DNA of 22,935 bases from Limisphaerales bacterium (GTDB taxonomy: Bacteria; Verrucomicrobiota; Verrucomicrobiia; Limisphaerales; JAJOIW01): contig CBFHOE010000001.1 in NCBI GenBank assembly GCA_965657355.1, forward strand, positions 448,981-471,915. Direction: 5' to 3'. The notes below the pieces were generated by a model, which did not search any database, had not been told where the DNA came from, and worked only from the letters and a program-made list of their open reading frames with translations. Of the stretch, positions 17,311 through 22,935 are shown one piece after another (positions within the stretch are counted from its first letter, which is position 1; each line of letters begins with the position of its first letter). The translations under genes were made by a program, and so were the position numbers.

Positions 17311-17338
17311 AAAATGCTGTCTTTATAGACAGTATTTT
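17311..17338. promoter_or_regulatory. Palindromic operator, SOS/LexA-box-like (CTGT-N8-ACAG)
   Basis: AAAATGCTGTCT-TTAT-AGACAGTATTTT is an inverted repeat matching at 11/12 positions. The minus strand reads TACTGTCTATAAAGACAGCA. It lies upstream of a translesion polymerase gene. Confidence 0.75.
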
Positions 17339-17357
17339 TATTTATGAACTGTGTCAA
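17329..17357 (-). promoter_or_regulatory. Sigma70-type promoter of the polymerase fusion
   Basis: Perfect TTGACA (17357-17352), 17-nt spacer, and TACTGT as -10 (17334-17329) overlapping the palindrome. Confidence 0.65.
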
Positions 17358-17521
17358 GTGCCACAGTCGTCCCTATCAACCGTCATGGATTTGTTAAAAA
17401 ACTTTAATATGGGCGCTTTTTTTAGCACATTTGAGGTAATTATTGGTAATATTGGTGACATAAGTCATTTAGAGTGAATCTTTTAAGGTGCTTTTTTAAA
17501 TTAGATGAAAACGACGGAATT

Positions 17522-18169
17522 ATGTCTTCCAGGCCATTGAATCCATGGATAAAATGCCGATCATTCGCCCTGATGGTTGGGTGCCTGATCTTTTGCTATT
17601 CCGATTCTTTGATGTTTGAAGGTCGCTGTGCAGAACCGAATCCGAAATACGAGGCCGCGGTAAAGGCATTCCGTTTTGGGGTGAAAAATGCTAAATACTT
17701 AGTGGTTGACATTTCTAATCAAACATTGGCCGTGATGCGTCATGATAATGTCCTCAAAACTTACCCCGTCTCCACATCGAAATTCGGAATAGGCAATAAG
17801 AGCGGTAGCCACAAAACCCCGCTTGGTATGCACAAAGTGTGCTTTAAAACTGGAGAGGGAGTTCCTGTTGGCGGTGTTTTTAAAGCTCGCCAATTTACAG
17901 GTAAGACAACACGAATTTACAAAGACAAAACCGATGTTTCTCAGGACCTTATAACCACAAGAATCCTCCGACTTGAAGGCCTGGAAAGTGGGGTCAATAA
18001 GGGGCCAGGAATTGATTCTTACAAGCGATATATCTACATTCACGGCACCAATGAAGAGGGTCTTATCGGGAAACCAAGTTCACATGGCTGTGTTCGCATG
18101 AAAAATGACCAAGTAATCGAGCTTTATAAGCTGATTCCCAAAGGAACACTTGTCTATATACGTGAGTAA
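17522..18169 (+). CDS. L,D-transpeptidase (YkuD/ErfK family)
   Basis: LVVDISNQTL, YPVSTSKFG, KTPLG and catalytic IYIHGT...GKPSSHGCVRM, with an N-terminal hydrophobic segment. The frame is open from GTG 17474. ATG 17522 is preferred but the start is uncertain. Confidence 0.9.
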   Translation: MSSRPLNPWIKCRSFALMVGCLIFCYSDSLMFEGRCAEPNPKYEAAVKAFRFGVKNAKYLVVDISNQTLAVMRHDNVLKTYPVSTSKFGIGNKSGSHKTPLGMHKVCFKTGEGVPVGGVFKARQFTGKTTRIYKDKTDVSQDLITTRILRLEGLESGVNKGPGIDSYKRYIYIHGTNEEGLIGKPSSHGCVRMKNDQVIELYKLIPKGTLVYIRE

Positions 18170-18170
18170 G

Positions 18171-18326
18171 TCATTTTTTATTAATGGCCTTTTTGACGCC
18201 AGCCCATTTTGAAGGGATCTGGATTTGATTCCATACTCGGCTTGGTGTCTCTGTCGCTGTCATCAATTTTGACACCAGCAAATGGGGTGATGAGGATTTC
18301 TTAAATTTAGAATTTTTTAGGAGCAT
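18171..18326 (-). CDS. Possible 51-aa basic small protein (hypothetical)
   Basis: Manual translation gives MLLKNSKFKKSSSPHLLVSKLMTATETPSRVWNQIQIPSKWAGVKKAINKK*. The stop abuts the convergent L,D-transpeptidase stop. No SD or known motif. Confidence 0.2.
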   Translation of the reverse strand: MLLKNSKFKKSSSPHLLVSKLMTATETPSRVWNQIQIPSKWAGVKKAINKK

Positions 18327-18573
18327 TCAATTGTCTGGAATCATGCCAATTTTCAGAGAGTTACAAATATTTCTTTAGTTCAGGTCCTTGGTTATCCAGT
18401 GCCAAGTGTGATTTCGAAAAAGAGCTCAATTACCGAATGAAGCCTACCCGATCACTTATACGACGATAGAGTATGTGATGAATTCCTCTTTTTTGATTAG
18501 TTGATTCCCTGATTTCTTAGCTAGGGAATAGTCCGTCCACCTTTCTGGCTTAGACCACCAAAGTAGATCGCCC

Positions 18574-18921
18574 TTAGCTCCTCTGTCTTGTGAGCATTAT
18601 TTGGTTATTTTCTGTGTCCATGCACATAGCTAGGTGGGGCGGCTCTCCGTCCTCGGGCTGAGGTGCCTTTGGGCATTGCCCACCAGCCTCGACAATCATA
18701 TCGGCACCCACCTCGACATCCGCAACTTGAAACGTGAGCCCCGTCCAGGTTTTATTTCCCTCGCCACCACCATGAATAGAAATGACACCTCCGGCAACAT
18801 CGAGCTCGGTAATATGCTGGTTTTGCTTAATGATTTGTGCCTGAAAAACGTTTTGGTAAAAGGCGACTGCGCGATTAGTGTCCGCTGCCCAGATGGTATA
18901 TTTTAGTTTCTCTACCTCCAT
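18574..18921 (-). CDS. VOC (glyoxalase/bleomycin-resistance fold) family protein
   Basis: ADTNRAVAFYQNVF, LTFQVADVE...VEAGG and DTENNQIML (DPxGN-like) pattern, 115 aa. Confidence 0.8.
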   Translation of the reverse strand: MEVEKLKYTIWAADTNRAVAFYQNVFQAQIIKQNQHITELDVAGGVISIHGGGEGNKTWTGLTFQVADVEVGADMIVEAGGQCPKAPQPEDGEPPHLAMCMDTENNQIMLTRQRS

Positions 18922-18942
18922 GGGATGAACTGTGAAGGTGGT

Positions 18943-19920
18943 TTATCTTCTTTTCAAGAGTAACACGAAGAAAAAACACCCCACCGCAGATGTGATAATC
19001 CCTATGGGTATTTCTCTGTTCGGGGCAATGTAGCGTGTCATAAGGTCAGCAGTTGCCACAAGGAGTGCCCCACTTATTAGTGTTAGAGGAATAAGGCGTG
19101 AATGATTTGTCTTGAGGTTTAAACGAATCATATTGGGAGCTATCAGGCCAACGAACCCAACTATACCAACGGCAGCAGTTGCTGTTCCCGCCATCACTAC
19201 TGCTAGTGTAATGAATAACAAATGAGTCTTCTTTACATCTAATCCCAGGTAATGCGCTTGTTCATCTCCAAGTAACAATAGATCCAAACCTCGAGACCAT
19301 TTTAAAGAAATGATTGTGGAAATGCTTAATACCGGAAGCGTCATCCAAACATTGATCCACGATTTATACGCCAAACTCCCCATTAGCCAAACCATCACAT
19401 CCCTAATCTTTACCGGATCTGCTTGAATCAGGAAGAAGGCTGAAATAGCGTGAAACCCTGCTCCAACAGCTATGCCAATAAGTACAAAAACAGGGCTTGA
19501 AGTAAGGCCACAATACTTGCCTATTTGAATCACTAATATGGCTGCAGATGCCCCCCCGCAAGCACCCGCCATTTCAACTCCGAACGGAATGGATATGGTT
19601 GAACTGATAAATAGGATCCAAATCACCGTTCCCAAAGAAGCCCCACTTGAAATGCCCATGACATAGGGTTCCGCTAGTGGATTTCGAAAGATACTCTGTA
19701 AGATAAGACCAGCCAGAGCCAAAGAACCCCCGACAATGAGACCCAGAATGAGTCTCGGCAATCTCAATGCCTTCCATAATTCACCACCACCAGCGTCCCA
19801 AGATCCATCACTGGAGGTCATTAAGGAAAGAATCGCAACAACTAGTCCCCAGATGGTCAAAAGCCAGATGAGCTTTGCCATGACTTTTACATTCGGGGCT
19901 TTTGTTTTCGATTTATCCAT
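18943..19920 (-). CDS. FecCD/BtuC-family ABC transporter permease (cobalamin or iron-chelate)
   Basis: RLPRLILGLIVGGSLALAG..LQSIFRNPLAEP, WLMGSL, LGDEQAHYLG, GIVGFVGLIAP and EIPIGIITS. Confidence 0.9.
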   Translation of the reverse strand: MDKSKTKAPNVKVMAKLIWLLTIWGLVVAILSLMTSSDGSWDAGGGELWKALRLPRLILGLIVGGSLALAGLILQSIFRNPLAEPYVMGISSGASLGTVIWILFISSTISIPFGVEMAGACGGASAAILVIQIGKYCGLTSSPVFVLIGIAVGAGFHAISAFFLIQADPVKIRDVMVWLMGSLAYKSWINVWMTLPVLSISTIISLKWSRGLDLLLLGDEQAHYLGLDVKKTHLLFITLAVVMAGTATAAVGIVGFVGLIAPNMIRLNLKTNHSRLIPLTLISGALLVATADLMTRYIAPNREIPIGIITSAVGCFFFVLLLKRR

Positions 19921-19923
19921 TCT

Positions 19924-20742
19924 CTAGTTTATATTAAAAGGATTGTTATTCTTTGAATGTTTAAAGAATGTCCTCCCTTGTTCATCGATTTGAGAACTGA
20001 CTATTTCGAGTGAATTTGGAAATATCGTTTTTAGATTCTCACCTGTTAAGATATTCTTGGTGGGACCTGATAAAACCAATTTTCCATTTTTCATTAAGCA
20101 AACATCATCACAAAGGTCTTTTGCCATATTGAGATCATGTATCGCCAGGCAAACCATCTTGTTTTCCTTTTTTGCGAGGTGTCGGCAATAATTCAAAACG
20201 AATGATTGGTATTCCCAGTCTAGAAAACTGGCTGGTTCGTCCATCAAAACAAGCTCGGTATTTTGATAATCAAGTTGAGCGAGTCGCGCTCTTTGGAATT
20301 CACCTCCACTTAATTCAGTAACGAGATTATCGGATAGATTTAGAAGATTGAATTTCCCCAGGCATTTATTCAGTTCGACATTTTCTTTTTCATCCAGACT
20401 TAATGCAAATCCTTCGCGTTGAAAGGCGCCAAGGGCGACAAAGTTTTTTACTGACATTGTATTGGGTGGATCTATGTTCTGGCTCAAAACTGAAACAAAT
20501 CCAGCTCTTTCTCTTATCGATAGTTCATTGAGGTCTTTACCATTATTTAGGGTCATGGAACCTTTGCTAAATGGAACTCGCCCGGCAATTCCCTTAATCA
20601 ATGTTGATTTTCCTGCTCCATTGGGGCCAATGATCCCGGTGATTCGACCGCTACTTAAAGAAAGTTGGATATCTTTATTCACCCACAGACCTTTTTTGTA
20701 TCCTATAAAAATTTTCTCTAACTGTAATGTGGAAGCTTTCAA
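19924..20742 (-). CDS. ABC transporter ATP-binding subunit (FepC/BtuD family)
   Basis: Walker A GPNGAGKST, signature LSGGE, Walker B VLMDEP, H-loop IHDLN. The TTG start overlaps the upstream TGA (TTGA). Confidence 0.9.
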   Translation of the reverse strand: MKASTLQLEKIFIGYKKGLWVNKDIQLSLSSGRITGIIGPNGAGKSTLIKGIAGRVPFSKGSMTLNNGKDLNELSIRERAGFVSVLSQNIDPPNTMSVKNFVALGAFQREGFALSLDEKENVELNKCLGKFNLLNLSDNLVTELSGGEFQRARLAQLDYQNTELVLMDEPASFLDWEYQSFVLNYCRHLAKKENKMVCLAIHDLNMAKDLCDDVCLMKNGKLVLSGPTKNILTGENLKTIFPNSLEIVSSQIDEQGRTFFKHSKNNNPFNIN

Positions 20743-21626
20743 TGGACAGTCGTTTTTGAATGAGAGGAAACACTCTGAACTTCAGATTGGATAGTCAAAA
20801 AGGCATTGAGCAAATCTGGGCCGGGTATACTCAGTTTGCTGTCGGTCATTACAAGGATCTGGTTGTTTTTTATTGCTTTGAGTCCTGGCCATTGTGGTCT
20901 TGTACTCCATTGTTTCAGGAACCGACTCTTTCCCTCATCTTGAGTTATTTGCTCTTCATAATGAACAATGAGAAGATCCGGATTCATTTCTATAAACTTT
21001 TCTTCTGCAATTTGTGGCCAACTGGAATTAAGTGCTGATGGCACATTTACTGCGCCAGCCAATTCAACCATCCTTTCAATATAAGTACCCTTTCCAGCAG
21101 AATATAAACCTTCTGAACCAAATAAAACGACAACATCAATCGATTTCTTTTTTTCTTTTTTTTCACTCAACCCATTAAATGCCTGATCCCATGCCTGTAG
21201 AATTTCTTTTGGCTGATTTTCGGAGCTTACCAATTGACTAATAGTTTCTGCTGAAGTTCGAATGGACTTGAGAGACTCAAAGTCTAAGATATGGATTTCT
21301 GCTCCGCTTCTTTTCAATTGTTCCAAGACACCGATTGGTGTCAGATTGGATGCCAGGATGTGAGTAGGTTTCAGCTTTAAAATAGTTTCTAATGATGGTG
21401 TGGTGAGTCCTCCAACCTTTTGAATTCTATCGGTCCGACAAAAATCCGTGCAACCAACTAGTATCTCTGATGCATTGAAAAATTTTACCCATTCCGTAAT
21501 ACTGGGGGCCAGAGAAATAATACGCATTTCATTCTCAGTGCCTTGTTCCAAAGCCCTCTCATTATCGCGATGACATCCACAAAATAATGAGAAAACAAAA
21601 ATAAATAAGTAGATCGAGTATTTCAT
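20739..21626 (-). CDS. BtuF-like helical-backbone substrate-binding lipoprotein
   Basis: Lipobox-like LFCGC, RIISLAPSITE, LVGCTDFC, LETILKLKP, EKFIEMNPDLLI, AIKNNQI and PGP. ATGA overlap with the upstream gene. Confidence 0.85.
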   Translation of the reverse strand: MKYSIYLFIFVFSLFCGCHRDNERALEQGTENEMRIISLAPSITEWVKFFNASEILVGCTDFCRTDRIQKVGGLTTPSLETILKLKPTHILASNLTPIGVLEQLKRSGAEIHILDFESLKSIRTSAETISQLVSSENQPKEILQAWDQAFNGLSEKKEKKKSIDVVVLFGSEGLYSAGKGTYIERMVELAGAVNVPSALNSSWPQIAEEKFIEMNPDLLIVHYEEQITQDEGKSRFLKQWSTRPQWPGLKAIKNNQILVMTDSKLSIPGPDLLNAFLTIQSEVQSVSSHSKTTVH

Positions 21627-22261
21627 ATATTGTTATTCAATTCATTATGTGATGTATCACCTATTGAGTTAACGATCCATTCAAGCTCAGGGTCGGAGTG
21701 GAATTTGTGAATCGATGTATTCTTTACATGGAATCTTTTCGGGGAGGTTAATGAAATTTCCAGCCATTTGCACGTCCACGCCCTGATGACTCCGCCATGA
21801 GTAAATATGGCAATCCTCTCATTGGGATGTTGTTTAGCTATCCCGGATAAGGACTCCACGACTCTGTTTTGAAAATCGAATATTTTTTCAGCTCCCTCAA
21901 TATCCTTGCTGGGCTCTCCATACATATCCATAAAGAAAGTTGAATCCCAATTCTCTCTGATAAATTGTCTCGAATGGGTTTCGTATGATCCAAAGCACCT
22001 TTCTCTCAGTCCTTTGTCCTGGATAATTTCAGAAATCTCTTTTTCTGTGCCTATCGAAGCTGTTTCAAGTGCCCTGGATAAATCACTTGAGTAAATCACG
22101 TCTGGATTGAGTGATTTCATAGCTGGTTTTAGGTGAGCGGCTTGAGATCGTCCTTTTTCATTGAGGGGAATATCCTGTTGGCCTTGGATCCGTTCATCCT
22201 TATTCCAATCGGTTTCCCCATGCCTGATAAGTATCAACTCTGTCCTTAATAAATTCACCAT
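21623..22261 (-). CDS. Histidine phosphatase (phosphoglycerate mutase family), possibly CobC-like alpha-ribazole phosphatase
   Basis: LIRHGETDWN, SSDLSRALET, LRERCFGSYE and FTHGGVIR. First gene of a translationally coupled operon with the Btu-like transporter. Confidence 0.85.
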   Translation of the reverse strand: MVNLLRTELILIRHGETDWNKDERIQGQQDIPLNEKGRSQAAHLKPAMKSLNPDVIYSSDLSRALETASIGTEKEISEIIQDKGLRERCFGSYETHSRQFIRENWDSTFFMDMYGEPSKDIEGAEKIFDFQNRVVESLSGIAKQHPNERIAIFTHGGVIRAWTCKWLEISLTSPKRFHVKNTSIHKFHSDPELEWIVNSIGDTSHNELNNNI

Positions 22262-22351
22262 ATTTACAGTTTTATCTTTTGATAATTCGCTGAGTTTATC
22301 AAACTATACCTGAGACGTGGATAGTTTGTTTTTACATCATTGAAAAAATCT

Positions 22352-22935
22352 ATGGCAAAATCCCAATCACAAAAGCCTCAATCGAACCAAATGACTCAGA
22401 ATAGTCGTCCCACACTGAAGGAAACTTTTGGTATTACCAAGGGGGCCATGACTCCTTTAAAATGGGGGGTCGTGTTCACAGCCATGATATTCATTGGAGT
22501 GGGTGCGTTCCTCCACTTTACATCACTCGGCAAAGATTCCGTTGCTTCCAAACCATCTCAAAACCTAGATTCATCCTCCACTTTCGGACAGAAAAATAAT
22601 TTAAGTCCCGATGAGGTCTCAAATATCTTCGGTAATACCCTGACAAATATTTTCCCTGAAGCGATTCCTCCTGCGGATCCCGATGGATCAGATTCCGGAC
22701 CTAAAAACTCCGATTCAGAATCACTCAATGAATGGTCACCTGCCTTTCTCAAAGGAGGAGCCGGACTCTTCATGGGATTTTGTGTGGGATTTGCTATTCG
22801 GTCATTTATTAAACTCGGCTCGGTTATCCTAGGGTTCTATGTTCTCTCCCTTCTGATGCTCTCATGGCTGGGATGGATTGAGATTAATTATCCAGAAATC
22901 GACAGTCAGCTCGGGGACCTCTCAGAAAATTTTAA
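22352..22935 (+). CDS. FUN14-domain membrane protein, 3' end outside the window
   Basis: Manual translation from ATG 22352 gives MAKSQSQKPQ..., a TM segment WGVVFTAMIFIGVGAFL, a Ser/Pro/Asp-rich linker, then GGAGLFMGFCVGFAIRSFIKLGSVILGFYVLSLLMLSWLGWIEINY, which fits the FUN14 pattern. Open to the window end and not in the ORF track. Confidence 0.75.
   Translation, partial: MAKSQSQKPQSNQMTQNSRPTLKETFGITKGAMTPLKWGVVFTAMIFIGVGAFLHFTSLGKDSVASKPSQNLDSSSTFGQKNNLSPDEVSNIFGNTLTNIFPEAIPPADPDGSDSGPKNSDSESLNEWSPAFLKGGAGLFMGFCVGFAIRSFIKLGSVILGFYVLSLLMLSWLGWIEINYPEIDSQLGDLSENF

Noticed and set aside
17435..17458. Short direct repeats GGTAATTATTGGTAATATTGGTGA upstream of the L,D-transpeptidase gene
   Set aside because: They are short and AT-rich, and cannot be told apart from low-complexity chance.
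18211..18560. tmRNA-like 5' text (GGGATCTGGATTTGA) and a downstream ACCACCA
   Set aside because: There is no GGGGC acceptor stem, no TPsiC arm (GGTTCRA), no pairing of the ends and no tag reading frame.
18574..18921. VOC gene as methylmalonyl-CoA epimerase (tempting next to B12-like genes)
   Set aside because: It lacks the His/Glu metal ligands and the motifs of that enzyme.
22262..22351. Cobalamin riboswitch or Fur box upstream of the transporter operon
   Set aside because: The region is 90 nt and AT-rich, with no B12-box elements (GGGAA, GCCACTG) and no convincing Fur palindrome.
22558..22773. Minus-strand 71-aa ORF and the other short ORFs nested in long genes
   Set aside because: They are antisense or alternate-frame shadows of well-supported CDSs, with no recognisable motifs.

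Overview
This is a chromosomal window, most likely from a PVC-superphylum bacterium (Verrucomicrobiota or Planctomycetota). That assignment is inferred from the DUF1552/DUF1592 pair, the PVC-type heme-c beta-propeller protein and the sulfatase. From left to right it holds a partial Cys-type sulfatase, a secreted HExxH metallopeptidase, a PVC-type propeller/HEAT/cytochrome c protein, a SWIM-SNF2 ATPase, DUF1592 and DUF1552 genes, a 1485-aa double polymerase, a divergent L,D-transpeptidase, a histidine phosphatase + BtuF/D/C-like ABC importer + VOC operon, and a partial FUN14-domain membrane protein. The standout is the double polymerase at 12802-17259. One chain fuses a catalytically intact Y-family (DinB/Pol IV-like) polymerase carrying a RecA-N-terminus-like motif to a complete C-family DnaE2-like polymerase. 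It lies behind a sigma70-type promoter whose -10 box is inside a CTGT-N8-ACAG palindrome, so it looks like a one-gene, damage-inducible mutasome with no imuA/imuB in the window. Two genes (sulfatase, FUN14) are missing from the ORF track because they run off the window edges. No CRISPR, rRNA, tRNA or transposase was seen.
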